Positions 1-11,000 of a stretch of 64,000 nt of DNA are shown piece by piece. The notes below the pieces were generated by a model, which saw only the letters and a program-made list of their open reading frames with translations, had not been told where the DNA came from and searched no databases. The stretch lies in contig OZ241865.1 in the NCBI GenBank assembly GCA_965203275.1, positions 1,120,001 to 1,184,000 on the forward strand, read 5' to 3'. The DNA comes from Bdellovibrionales bacterium (GTDB lineage Bacteria; Bdellovibrionota; Bdellovibrionia; Bdellovibrionales; JAUICD01). Within the stretch, counting starts at the first letter, position 1. Each line of letters starts with the position of its first letter. A program made the position numbers and the translations under genes.

Positions 1-1
1 T

Positions 2-1123
2 GCCAATGAGCAATGGGCAATCAAAACAAAGCATGATCGTTTTGTTATCAAAAAAGGTAACGGAGAGCAATATTTTATTGGCCGTCAAGCCGTTCAATCA
101 AATGCTTTTGATCATCTAAGAGATTTTGTGGATCATCAGTTAGCTTTTTTAGAATCGTCAGAAGATGCAGTGTGTGAAAAGCCACGCAAGAAGCCAGATT
201 TGCAAATCACAAAGACAAAAGCTGGTCAAAAGGGTAAAGATATTTTGGTTTATATTCAAGAATCAGAGCATCTTGTGATCAGTAATAATAAATGTTCTTC
301 TTTGACTGGAGAGGGGGTTTTGGGTTTACCAGTTGATCGTTCATGGTATATTGGTCCTAAGACTGTTGCAATTGATTTAGGAAACCGAAGGAGATGGAAT
401 TTTGGAGATTCAAAATTTATAGAATATTATCAAAAAGAATCAAAAAGTGCAGGTGTAGGTGCAGGTGAGGAAAAGGTCGAAAAAATATTAGCAAATAACT
501 CAATGATTCCAGAGTGGGAGAAGATCCATGCATTTGAAGAAACTTTAAGTTCTATAGACATCATAGGTCGACGCCATTTATCTTATAGCAAAAACTCTTC
601 TCATTTTGATTTTATGACTGGTGGCAAGCAGTATCGGTTTTATGAAATTCGCAATGGGCAAGGACTTATTTGGGCTTTAAAACTTCCAGATAAGCCTTTC
701 CTTATTATCTCTCACTCATTTAATTGGGGAGAGTTTAATTTAGATTATATAACTGGGTCTAATTCTGGTATTATAGCCATTCTTAAAGATTCTCAAAAGC
801 CTGATAATGAAAGAATAAAGGCTCTGAGACAATTAGGTAATTATTGGAATAGCTCATTTCAGCAAATATTATTTACTATTTTAAAAGATGAAGGTGAATC
901 AGAGAGTTTACGTAAAATCATCACAGAGGCTTTAGTCCAAAAACCCACTGCTTTAAATAAAAAAGTTTTACTTGAGGTACTTATAAGTACACAGGAGGAT
1001 TCTTTGAGAAGGTATATTTCTCGAAGGCTAAGTTTGCTTTATCCTAAAGGACAAGCCATTTTAAGGACTGATGATTCTTTTACTATCACAGAAAAAATGA
1101 ATGTTTGGAGAGGTATGCAGTGA
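2..1123 (+). CDS. Hypothetical protein with C-terminal HEAT-like helical repeats; 5' end probably beyond the window edge
   Basis: The frame of ORF 128..1123 is open back to position 2. The C-terminus has HEAT-like motifs (ERIKALRQLG, LRKIITEAL, LRRYISRRL). Confidence 0.55.
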   Translation, partial: ANEQWAIKTKHDRFVIKKGNGEQYFIGRQAVQSNAFDHLRDFVDHQLAFLESSEDAVCEKPRKKPDLQITKTKAGQKGKDILVYIQESEHLVISNNKCSSLTGEGVLGLPVDRSWYIGPKTVAIDLGNRRRWNFGDSKFIEYYQKESKSAGVGAGEEKVEKILANNSMIPEWEKIHAFEETLSSIDIIGRRHLSYSKNSSHFDFMTGGKQYRFYEIRNGQGLIWALKLPDKPFLIISHSFNWGEFNLDYITGSNSGIIAILKDSQKPDNERIKALRQLGNYWNSSFQQILFTILKDEGESESLRKIITEALVQKPTALNKKVLLEVLISTQEDSLRRYISRRLSLLYPKGQAILRTDDSFTITEKMNVWRGMQ

Positions 1124-1234
1124 ACTTATAAAAAGGTTTGAGAATAAGGGCTGATGATTATTTCTTTAGACACAGTCTTCAGGAATTATCATATTCAAAG
1201 GTGTCATTTTTGTGACAGTAAGTTATTTTGTCTT

Positions 1235-3457
1235 TTAATGAATATAAGCTTGATAGATGGGTTGATTGTTGACTAAAAAGCAAATCTGCTTTGTTTTTTT
1301 GCCATTCTTCTCTTCAAGAATGTCTACCACAACAGCTTGACCATCCTTCAAATGGTCTTTCAACAGAGCTTCTGCTAAATGTGTTTCTAAATGCCTCTGC
1401 AAAAATCTTTTTAATGGCCTTGCTCCATATACAGGATCATAAGATAACTCTACAATGCCTTTGCAAGCCTGCTTTGTTAAAGTCAAATGAATCTTTCTAT
1501 CCTTTAAGCGGTTGGCTATTCGCTGAACCTGTAGGTTGGCTATTTGCAAAAGATTGTCTTTGCTCAATGGTGAGAACATCACTATTTCATCTACCCTGTT
1601 TAAAAATTCTGGACGGAAAAATTCTTTTAACTCTTTGATCATTAACTCTTTTGTTTCTTCTTTGATACTAGAGAGGTCTTGTGATGCTGGGTCTTCTAAG
1701 TCTTTCAGGATATGGGAAGCTCCTATATTAGAGGTCATAATTAAAACTGTGTTTTTAAAATCCACTGTTCGCCCTTTAGAATCTGTCAATCGACCGTCAT
1801 CTAAAATTTGCAATAAAATATGAAAAACATCAGGATGAGCTTTTTCAACTTCATCTAACAAGATCACAGTGTAAGGTTTACGTCGAATGGCTTCTGTAAG
1901 CTGTCCTCCTTCTTCAAAACCAATGTATCCAGGGGGAGCTCCAATCAAACGGCTGACAGCGTGTTTTTCCATATATTCACTCATATCTAAACGCAAAATA
2001 TTATTTTCACTATCAAACAGGGCTTCTGCTAATGCTTTTGCTAACTCTGTCTTACCTACACCTGTTGGTCCTAAAAATAGAAAAGAGCCGATCGGCTTTT
2101 GAGGATCTTTAATACCTGCTCTAGCTCTTAAAATGCTATCACATACCCATTTAACAGCTTCATGTTGTCCAATCACACGCTCATGTAATTCATCTGATAA
2201 ATGTAATAGCTTTTCTTTTTCTCCTTTTAAAAGGCGAGACAAAGGGATACCTGTCCACTTAGAAATAATATCATGGATTTCTTGATCTGTGACAGCTTCT
2301 GATAAAAGCTTGTGAGAATTAAATGCTTTTTCTAGTTGAGCTTCCTCTTGAGCTAAAGTTTTTTCTAACTCTGGTAGTCGCCCTAACTTAAGGGCTGCCA
2401 TCTTTTCTAAATTATATTCTCTTTCGTATCTTTCAATTTCATGCTTGACTGATTCTATTTCTTTTCGAATAGATCGCAGTTTTTGTACAGCTTGTTTTTC
2501 TTGCTCCCATTGTTTTTTCATTTGAATAGAAGACTTTTTTGATTTTTCTAATTCTTCTTTGACTTGCTTTAGTTTTTCTTTACTGGATGCATCTGTTTCT
2601 TTTTTTAAAGCTGTCTCTTCAATCTCTAGCTGCAAAATTCTACGGGTGATTTGATCTAGCTCTGAAGGCATGGAATCTAACTCTGTACGAATCATTGCAC
2701 AGGCTTCATCCACAAGGTCAATGCCTTTATCTGGCAAAAAGCGATCGTTAATGTATCTGTCTGATAACACAGCCGCAGAAACCAATGCAGAATCATGGAT
2801 GCGAACCCCGTGATGTAGTTCAAATCTTTCTTTTAACCCTCGCAAAATAGATATTGTGTCATCTACAGTAGGAGGCTCTACCAATACAGGCTGGAAGCGA
2901 CGTTCTAAAGCCACGTCTTTTTCTATGTACTTTCTGTACTCATCTAAAGTTGTTGCTCCGATACAATGTAGCTCTCCTCTGGCCAACAAGGGCTTTAATA
3001 TTTGCCCTGCATCCATAGCTCCTTCTGTCTGGCCAGCACCCACAATTGTATGTAGTTCATCAATGAAAAGTAAAATACGTCCATTTGATTTTTTGATTTC
3101 AGATAGCACAGCTTTAAGACGTTCTTCAAACTCCCCTCGGAATTTTGCTCCTGCTAAAAGTGAAGCCATGTCTAAAGCAAAAATACTTTTCTCTTTTAAA
3201 CCATCAGGCACGTCTCCTTTGACAATTCTTTGAGCTAAGCTTTCTGCAATCGCTGTTTTACCCACGCCAGGCTCTCCAATGAGGACAGGATTGTTTTTAG
3301 TTTTACGAGATAAAATGCGAATCACTCGACGGATTTCAGAATCTCTACCAATCACAGGATCTAATTGACCTGTTTTAGCAATCTCAACTAAGTCTCTGCC
3401 ATACTTTTCAAGATGTGTTTGATGAGCATTTGGATTATGAGATTGTGAATAGGTCAT
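1235..3457 (-). CDS. clpB: ClpB AAA+ disaggregase lacking the N-terminal Clp repeat domain
   Basis: Two AAA modules (GEPGVGKT / [18 protein letters not shown] / LLDEVEKAH) and a long coiled-coil M domain. RBS AAGGAG precedes the ATG. Confidence 0.93.
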   Translation of the reverse strand: MTYSQSHNPNAHQTHLEKYGRDLVEIAKTGQLDPVIGRDSEIRRVIRILSRKTKNNPVLIGEPGVGKTAIAESLAQRIVKGDVPDGLKEKSIFALDMASLLAGAKFRGEFEERLKAVLSEIKKSNGRILLFIDELHTIVGAGQTEGAMDAGQILKPLLARGELHCIGATTLDEYRKYIEKDVALERRFQPVLVEPPTVDDTISILRGLKERFELHHGVRIHDSALVSAAVLSDRYINDRFLPDKGIDLVDEACAMIRTELDSMPSELDQITRRILQLEIEETALKKETDASSKEKLKQVKEELEKSKKSSIQMKKQWEQEKQAVQKLRSIRKEIESVKHEIERYEREYNLEKMAALKLGRLPELEKTLAQEEAQLEKAFNSHKLLSEAVTDQEIHDIISKWTGIPLSRLLKGEKEKLLHLSDELHERVIGQHEAVKWVCDSILRARAGIKDPQKPIGSFLFLGPTGVGKTELAKALAEALFDSENNILRLDMSEYMEKHAVSRLIGAPPGYIGFEEGGQLTEAIRRKPYTVILLDEVEKAHPDVFHILLQILDDGRLTDSKGRTVDFKNTVLIMTSNIGASHILKDLEDPASQDLSSIKEETKELMIKELKEFFRPEFLNRVDEIVMFSPLSKDNLLQIANLQVQRIANRLKDRKIHLTLTKQACKGIVELSYDPVYGARPLKRFLQRHLETHLAEALLKDHLKDGQAVVVDILEEKNGKKTKQICFLVNNQPIYQAYIH

Positions 3458-3614
3458 GGTTACTTTCTCCTTATGATTTTTTTGATGAATGCTTTGCTTA
3501 TTTAAAAGGATTATTTTTTAGTAAGGCTTGTTTTAGAACAGTCAGTCTTTGATCTGCGATGCGGATTGACTGACTGTCTAAAAACAGCTAGAAGTTAATG
3601 CTTTGTGAGACAAA

Positions 3615-4064
3615 CTAACTAATTTGAATTTTCTTTTTAGGGTTAGATGTCTTTTGAAGGGTAATAGAAAGTAAACCATGCTCAAAGTGAGCTTTGATTC
3701 CTTTGCTGTCAATCCCTTTAGGCAAACGGAAATGTCTTTGAAACTTTCCAATCTGAAGCTCCTCAATACACAGACTGGCATTTTTCTCTTGATGATGTTG
3801 CCTTTTCTCTCCTGAAATTTCTAAGACTCCATCTTCTACAGAAACTTCAAAGTCCTTCTCTTGCATGCCAGGTAACTCGACTTGCATTTGATATTCTTTC
3901 TGAGTTTCAAGAATATTCACTCTAGGACAGAAAGCTTCACCCTTTGTAGATAAAAAATGCTCTCTTCCTACATCCTTAAAAAAGGAGTCTAAAAATAAAG
4001 ATGGAAAAAATCCTTCTCTTAAGTTTTGATGGTTTGGATTAAAAATTTCTTTTGATAACATCAT
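3615..4064 (-). CDS. Hsp20/alpha-crystallin small heat shock protein
   Basis: PRVNILE..ELPG..LEISGEK..GKFQRHFRLP..AHFEHGLLSITL motifs; RBS AGGAGG; upstream of clpB. Confidence 0.92.
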   Translation of the reverse strand: MMLSKEIFNPNHQNLREGFFPSLFLDSFFKDVGREHFLSTKGEAFCPRVNILETQKEYQMQVELPGMQEKDFEVSVEDGVLEISGEKRQHHQEKNASLCIEELQIGKFQRHFRLPKGIDSKGIKAHFEHGLLSITLQKTSNPKKKIQIS

Positions 4065-4307
4065 AACGTACCTCCTATCATTGATTAAAAATTATTAAAC
4101 ACTTACTTACAAAAAGCTAAAATATTTATATTTATAACTTTTTGACCCTCAATTTAAAGGTGTGTGCGATTTGGATTTTGTCAAGGAGGTATCTAAAAAT
4201 ATTTAATGATCTATCCTTTAAAAATGAATTTAAACCTTTAGGCCTTAGGCTTTTAGGTCTTTGGGCCTTTAGGTATGAGTAGATTTTCTTTAAAATATAT
4301 TGACATA

Positions 4308-4335
4308 TTGACAAAAAACTGATGAATGGTATAAT
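4308..4335 (+). promoter_or_regulatory. Sigma70 promoter for 4359..4784
   Basis: TTGACA-16 nt-TATAAT with extended TG. Confidence 0.75.
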
Positions 4336-4358
4336 GGATATAAAGTGGAGGAATACAA

Positions 4359-4784
4359 ATGGAAGAAAGGCCAAACAACGGCCATAGATCAGAAAATGGC
4401 CAATCATTACAAAATGGTACGAAACAAAATGGTGCAAAGAAATCATTTTTATCATTTTTATCATCTGAATTTGTACAAGCTATAGCATTTGTTTTAAGTA
4501 CATTTGCAATCGGTATTGTGAGTGTTGTGACTTCTTTAATTTTAATTAATAGTGTTTTGAATACTCCTATTAAAGAACAAGTAGATATTATTAAAGAACA
4601 AATGGATGATGTTAAGGAACAAATCAGAACTGTTGAGAATAAAGTCGATAGCCTTGAGAGTAAAGTCGAAGGACTTGAGAGTAAAGTCGAAGGCATTGAG
4701 ATTAAAATAGAAGAAATGGTCAAAGAAAATGATCAAAGATTTGATGATGTTATTGAATTATTAACTAAAAGTGTCAATAAATAA
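4359..4784 (+). CDS. Small single-TM plus coiled-coil protein (paralogue family)
   Basis: RBS GGAGGA; hydrophobic segment followed by heptad repeats (LESKVEG). Similar to 47935..48333 (KKSFLSF..AIAF..LN.PIK.Q). Confidence 0.75.
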   Translation: MEERPNNGHRSENGQSLQNGTKQNGAKKSFLSFLSSEFVQAIAFVLSTFAIGIVSVVTSLILINSVLNTPIKEQVDIIKEQMDDVKEQIRTVENKVDSLESKVEGLESKVEGIEIKIEEMVKENDQRFDDVIELLTKSVNK

Positions 4785-5212
4785 TCTTAGCATTCTTTTT
4801 TGCCTACCTTAAGTCAAAATGCAACACTGTTTTAAAAGTTAAAAGGTTTAACAGGTCGTTAATATGGCCGGGAAAGTGTCGCATTTTGAAAATGAAAGGT
4901 TAGTTTATATTTAGACCTCCTTATTTATAATGTCTACAAATTGTCACTTAAACTCATGTTTTCATTATCTTTATGACCTGCGAGACAAGCCACACTATCA
5001 TAAAAACTTACATTATATCTTATTTAGTTTCGAAAGTCAAGGATTTATTATAAGATTTTAAGATTTTGTGAAATTGTTATGTAATTTGAGGGAATCTCAT
5101 CGGAGCAAACACTCTGTGAAGGGGTGGTCTTTCCTTCCTTAAGTGAATTATGGCCTCTGTAGATAGAGTATCTATAAAATCAAGTCTTGCCGGCGAGAGG
5201 GTAAGGATGTAC

Positions 5213-6196
5213 CTAATTTGTTTCATCTAAATAAAGTTTTGTTGGTACAGGACAAATTTTTGGATCATTGCTTAATAAATGTGTAGGATAGATTTGTCCC
5301 TCAATATATTGCCTTCTCATTCTAAGATTTCTTCTTTTTGAAAATAGTTCTTCATAAAGATAGTGTTGAAGAGTTGGATCTTGATTTATATCAATCTCTT
5401 GTAAAGATAGATCTTGTATATAAAAGGGATTCATAATTGATATAGTTTCTTTTGGTGCATGGGCTTGGTCTAGATCGACATGTCCTAGCTCATGGAAAAT
5501 ATACAGCTCTTTTTTTGCTTCAGGAAAAGTCATCCATGCATCATAGTTTACAAGGATATGTCTACTGCTAAGAATGGCGGAAGCTACACCTTGAAACGTA
5601 AATCTTTGAGCTAAGCGACTAATTTGTCTCCAAACCTCACTATCAGATCTATAAAAAAGAATTTTAATAGGATAATCAAGCTCTTCTCGACCTGTAATGT
5701 TTTTCTTGATAGATAAATATTTCTCAATATAAGGTAAAAACACAGGATGTGTATCTGCAACTGTCCATGTTTGATGAGGATCAGATATGCATTTTGAGGG
5801 GACAATTTCAATAAGTATTATGGGGCGGAAAGGTTTAGACCAATCAGGATTAGCATCTAATGCTGCATTTCTCTCCATTAAAGCTTGTGTAATGGTTTCA
5901 TTCTTTTTGCTAAGAGCTAGGTAGAATGGAGTTCGTCCATCTCTCTCTGGTTTGTTTATATCTGCTCCTGCCTCTATAAGCATCATTGCAATTGGAGTTT
6001 GATTATAAACGATCGAATAATAAAGGAGAGTCATTTCTCTAATACCTGTTGTATTAATATCTCCTCCATTAGCCAGAAATTCTTGTACATAGCTCAGTTC
6101 ACCTTTAGAAATTGCGGTAAATATTTTAGAACTTTGAGCATAGACAAAGGGTTTCAAATACAACAAAATGGATAAAACAAATAATAATTTTTTAAT
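5213..6196 (-). CDS. Secreted ankyrin-repeat protein fused to a putative zinc metallopeptidase domain
   Basis: About three ankyrin repeats, then HELGHVDLDQAH and an SIMNP Met-turn-like motif. An in-frame ATT at 6196, 7 nt after AGGAGG, adds a signal peptide (IKKLLFVLSILLYLKPFVYA). Confidence 0.7.
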   Translation of the reverse strand: MKKLLFVLSILLYLKPFVYAQSSKIFTAISKGELSYVQEFLANGGDINTTGIREMTLLYYSIVYNQTPIAMMLIEAGADINKPERDGRTPFYLALSKKNETITQALMERNAALDANPDWSKPFRPIILIEIVPSKCISDPHQTWTVADTHPVFLPYIEKYLSIKKNITGREELDYPIKILFYRSDSEVWRQISRLAQRFTFQGVASAILSSRHILVNYDAWMTFPEAKKELYIFHELGHVDLDQAHAPKETISIMNPFYIQDLSLQEIDINQDPTLQHYLYEELFSKRRNLRMRRQYIEGQIYPTHLLSNDPKICPVPTKLYLDETN

Positions 6197-6455
6197 AAAA
6201 TATCCTCCTAGAAATTTCTTAAGTTATCTTGAGATTATGTTTTATTTCTATGCCTTTAAATTGTCTTGAACTAAAGGGTATATGTCAAGTTCACAGTAAT
6301 ATGTGGTGTTGTGTGATGTTTGTAAGGAGCATGTCCCATAATTCGGCAAAAATAGAAGGCTCATAAATTAGTTTTTAATTGTTTTTTCTTTTTGTCAAAC
6401 TTTTTTCTAATTGTTTTAAGTAAGCCAATGTTTTGTTTTACTTACGATAGGATGA

Positions 6456-6860
6456 TCATAAGGACTTTTCATTTTTGGGCATTTGTTTTTTTTCGTTTTG
6501 CGATCGGTTTTTATCGACTAAAAGATCAAATAAACGATCAAATTTTCGATCAAATTTTTGATCAATTTGATCAATTTTTTTATTTATTTCTTTTATCTGT
6601 GTAGGTATATGATTGTATACTTGCTCTTGAATAGGCTTAATTGTAGCAGTCAGTAGATCTCTTAAGTTATTTTCTGATTGTTTTACCAATTCTCTTAAGT
6701 TATTCTCTGATTTTTCTATCCGTTCATTTAATCTATTTTCTGATTGAGTTGTCCTTTTCACCGCTCTATCATAAAGAAAAAAGCCCATAAAAGATATAGC
6801 CATGATTGTTGGTAGGTCTAAATATTCAACTATCTTTAAAATAAATTCGTAGAAACCCAT
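6456..6860 (-). CDS. Small TM plus coiled-coil protein (NHIPTQI family)
   Basis: N-terminal TM, SEN(R/N)L repeats and an NHIPTQIK motif shared with 30709..30972 and 58783..59046. Confidence 0.7.
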   Translation of the reverse strand: MGFYEFILKIVEYLDLPTIMAISFMGFFLYDRAVKRTTQSENRLNERIEKSENNLRELVKQSENNLRDLLTATIKPIQEQVYNHIPTQIKEINKKIDQIDQKFDRKFDRLFDLLVDKNRSQNEKKQMPKNEKSL

Positions 6861-7017
6861 AATGTCCTCTTTAGTTATACCATTACATTATCAATATTAA
6901 AAAACACTTATAAAATTACATAATTTTACAACATTATCTAAGGCCTGTCTAGCCCAAAACACCGGAATCTATACGTATTACTTTATTATAAAACAACGTT
7001 AAAGTCAAGTTTTTGAC

Positions 7018-7045
7018 AAAAAAAAGAGCTACCAAAGTAGCTCTT
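7018..7045 (-). terminator. Intrinsic terminator
   Basis: Minus strand AAGAGCTAC-TTTG-GTAGCTCTT followed by a T-run. Confidence 0.6.
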
Positions 7046-7178
7046 AACTAAAAATATAAAGGTAAACAAGACTCACTATGATCAACTGAGTCTTACTAAA
7101 TTTATCGGCATGGCCTGACTTTAATAAAAACTTCATGATTCCAATTGAGGAAGTTTTTATGGGCATATAACATTTAAA

Positions 7179-7781
7179 TTATTCTGTAGCACCAGCCTGT
7201 CGCAATAAATCTGCAATTATGGTATAGTCAGACATAACAGCCTTAAATAAAGCTGTTTGTTCATTATTGTCTTGAATATTGACCTGGGCATTGGCATTTA
7301 GCAATGACTGTACAATCCGAACACGGGTATCAATACCTGCTCGGGACAAAGGGCTATTATGAGGGCTATCAGAACTAGCTTGCATTAAAGCCGTCTTGCC
7401 TCTTGGGGTTTGAATGTCAGGATTTGCACCGGCATCTAGTAATAACTCTACAATCTCAGCCCGGCCCAGAAAGGTAGCCCATATTAAAGCCGGGGGATTA
7501 GAATCTGTTTGGTCGATATTCACACCTTCTTCAATTAAACTTTTTACAGCATTAGTATCGTTATTTAAAATAGCTATCTTTAGGTCTTCGAATTGGCCTT
7601 GAATAGCCTGACATATTCCTTCAACCTGCTGTTGTCCATTTCCTACTTCGACTTGTTGGCCATTTCCTACTGAATTTGAGTAGCCTGAAACTTCAATAGC
7701 CTCTGGATTTTGAGTAAGTTCTGGATTTTGACATGCAACCATGGATAAAGATAAAAAATAAAGAAAAAATATATTTCTCAT
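7179..7781 (-). CDS. Ankyrin-repeat lipoprotein
   Basis: Lipobox-like SMVAC; about four ankyrin repeats; RBS AAGGAGG. Confidence 0.85.
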   Translation of the reverse strand: MRNIFFLYFLSLSMVACQNPELTQNPEAIEVSGYSNSVGNGQQVEVGNGQQQVEGICQAIQGQFEDLKIAILNNDTNAVKSLIEEGVNIDQTDSNPPALIWATFLGRAEIVELLLDAGANPDIQTPRGKTALMQASSDSPHNSPLSRAGIDTRVRIVQSLLNANAQVNIQDNNEQTALFKAVMSDYTIIADLLRQAGATE

Positions 7782-7849
7782 TGTTTAGACCTCCTTGTTA
7801 ATGGGTTTTAATGGGTTTAAAATTTTAAGTTAAATAACATCAAGGTATA

Positions 7850-7865
7850 TGCAAGATTAAGGCCT
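7850..7865 (-). promoter_or_regulatory. Putative sigma54 promoter for the ankyrin lipoprotein
   Basis: Minus strand AGGCCTTAATCTTGCA has GG-N10-GC spacing. GACA/TGTC enhancer-like sites lie at ~7907-7951. Confidence 0.45.
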
Positions 7866-8047
7866 TGATTAAAAGGGCTTTTATCTATGGTTTGAAGAAA
7901 AATACCGACAATTTTTGTCATTATGACTTTAAAGTGTCCGCAATTTGTCACTTAAGCTCCATACTTTAAGATTTTTTACTTCCTTAAAAGAAACTCGAAG
8001 CTATTGAATAAATACCCATACCCACAAATAAAGTGTTAAACTCAGGA

Positions 8048-11000
8048 TTAAAGCTTTTGATATACAAAACTTGGTCGTCTCAATAAATTAAATGTATCAA
8101 TAAATTCAGGCTTTTCAATGCCTTTTGTAGCTTCTGCGAGCAAACCTGTTTGAGCTTTTGTCTTCCAACAAGGATGAATAATTATAATGTTTTTGTTGTT
8201 CACAGCAAAACCATAAAGTTGATCATAATCTTTTTTTGATCGACAGCCAGTGAAGCCTTCACAGAATTGATCTCTTAAAGATTTTGCTTTTTCTCTCCAG
8301 CCTTGTAATTCAGGAGTATCAGGAGCATCAAACTGACCATCAGTTCCACATTTATAGTCTTTGTTGATCAGTGTTTTAAGTAGAGATATACCCAAACGCC
8401 AATCAAGTAAGCCATGATAATTAATATTTCGGTAAGCTTTAAGACATCGATGACAAGCAGAATCGCATTTATTGATATGATCTTCTTTATAAAGATTTTT
8501 CATAAAAGCACTTTTGTTTGGACTTTTTATTTCTTTGAGAATATCTGAGAGAATAGTTTTAATTTGAGTACAAAATCCGGCTCCATTAGGAAGTTTGTCA
8601 TTCAACCTAATCTCTCCACTTTTCTCTTTTTTGACAATGTTACCTATATCCAGTTCCTCTGGGTCAATATCCCAATGCTCTGCAATCAATGTTCTTAAAA
8701 GGAAAGCCGCAGAATAATAAGCTCCCTTCATAGCAGAATGTGTTTTTAATAAATCCAGATCTAGTTCCTCTGGTATTTGATTTTGATTGTGTGTGATACT
8801 AAAAACCTCTGTTTGCTTTTTTGAAGCTAAGGCTACTTTCATTTTTTGATTATTTTCATTATCAGATCTGAACTTAAAATTTTTATCTGTATATTGTCCA
8901 TATTCTGAGATAACCCATTGGTTTTTTAAACTTAATCCGTTTCTTTTAATTTCTCCAATAGAACCTTCAAAAAACTTTTTATTATTATCATTGATTCGAA
9001 AGACAGAACCATCATTCTTTGAGTCAATCTTGCAATTGAAACCATCCAACAGCTGATGATTAAAAGAAGTATCAATAAAGCTCCCTGCTCCATGGAATAC
9101 AGGCAAATCAACCTCAGTGGCCTCTTTTCCAAAGGAAAAATCAGTACGAAACCCTTTAGGAGTAATATATTCAAAAGTAAATTCTGGTTTAGAGTTTTGC
9201 TTACATTCAGGACACTCTGAATAAGTAGGTTCTGTTTGAGATGATTTAATATATCGGCATTTTTCACACCGAAAGATCCATCTTTGCTCTAATATAGGGT
9301 CATCTGTTTTTATATCTTTGCTACGTATAGAGTATAAAGGTGATGTAAAACCTATGGATGTGTGGATTCTTTTATCCTTGGTTTTTTGAGATCCTGGGGC
9401 AAAGTCAGAGATAGCTATTTCAAGGTCTCTATCAATACTTTGGAAACTATTACCACGTCGTCCGTGATACAAATAACGTACGCGAGAGGGCATACCAAAC
9501 ATAGGTAGTAAATTCTTCTCAGCTAAGGCTTCAGCAAGTCCTAAGCTTTCACTTTGTCCTTCGATACTTTTATTGATCTCTTTATAGAGTTCATCTTGGA
9601 TAAATTCTTTGATCTTTTCTCTGCCTATTTCATCTTCATCAACTCCAAAAGTAATATTTTTTATAATTGAATCTATATCTGAATCTGAAAATTTATTTAA
9701 TTGCTCTCTTATTTTGTCTTTAACTTTATCTTTTTTATTTTCAGCATTCCAATTTTCGATTGTACCAAATTCCCCATGAGTATCTGTATTCTTAGGACCA
9801 TCTGAGCTTTTGATACCTGCATTTTTAAAGGCTTGTCTTAAGATTTCCTTGATGACGAGTCGTCTTGCAATTTCTATTCTATTCATAGACAAAAATGGCA
9901 ATGGTGGTTTTTGATTAAGCATTTGATTGGGATTGTTGAAATAAAAATTATCAAAGCTATTACCTCGACACAAAGTCACAGCAAAAGAAAAAGCTTGATC
10001 TCGCCGGCCTGCTCTACCTACTCTTTGTTGATAATTAAACCTTTGAGGTGGCATATTAGCTAGAAAGACTGATTGCAAAGAGCCAATATCTACACCCACT
10101 TCCATTGTGGTGGTCACGCTTAAAATGTCTATTTCTTTGACTGCTTTGATTTCATCTTTAAATGTGAGTCCTCTAAAATGCCTTTGTCTCTCTGGTTGTT
10201 GCTCTTTATCTGTTTGAGCAGATAACTCCTCACAGTGGAGTCGAAAAGGAAAAGGCTCTCTTTCTTGTTTGACTGCTTGAGAATAATAATTTTTCTCATA
10301 TAAATCTTCACATCTTTTACTTGGTTTTTCTAGTAATGGTTGAAAGCAATTACTGCATATCTCACCACTTTTATGAAGGTGAGGTCTTTGACACGTTTGA
10401 CATATCCAAACATGATCTTGTTGATTGGCAATTTTGATAAAAAGATGGTTTGGTTCTAAGATGCATTTTCTATGATGTCCAAATTTTGGATCACAAACTA
10501 ATTTGTCAATCAGACTGTTTAGTTTTTCTTGATCTATATTGTGTTTTTCTGCACATTTTTCAAGGTAGTCACGAGCTTTTAGTAATTTATTGATATATAG
10601 ACCATCTAGTGTTTTGTTATATATTCCTCTATATCTATATTTATCACCAAAGATACGGATGCAACTATTGCTGATTTGTTTAATGGTATCTATTGAAAGA
10701 GCATTTTCCATTCCTAAAATTTGATTTTTTTGTTCTTCTATAATTTGATCCTCTATATCAAGACAGGCATAACCTAAGCCAGAGGATTCAAAACCAAAAT
10801 AAAGCCTTGAGAATAAAATCGAAAGAATAGTTTTTTTAATCTCATTTCTAAAATTTCCTCTTTTGTCTTTAAGGGTTTGAGATATATCTTCTTTCCAAAT
10901 TTTATCTTCTTTTTCAAAATCAAATAAATCACACCATGAATGTTCTTGATTATTTTCTGAATCCCATATTTTATCTTTTTCATTTCCTGCTGGATTGACT

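Noticed and set aside
1291..3233. Antisense and nested ORFs in clpB, ftsH, murA, miaB, parA and other genes
   Set aside because: Shadow frames of well-supported genes.
4235..4274. Five degenerate CTTTAGG repeats
   Set aside because: Too short and degenerate to assign a function.
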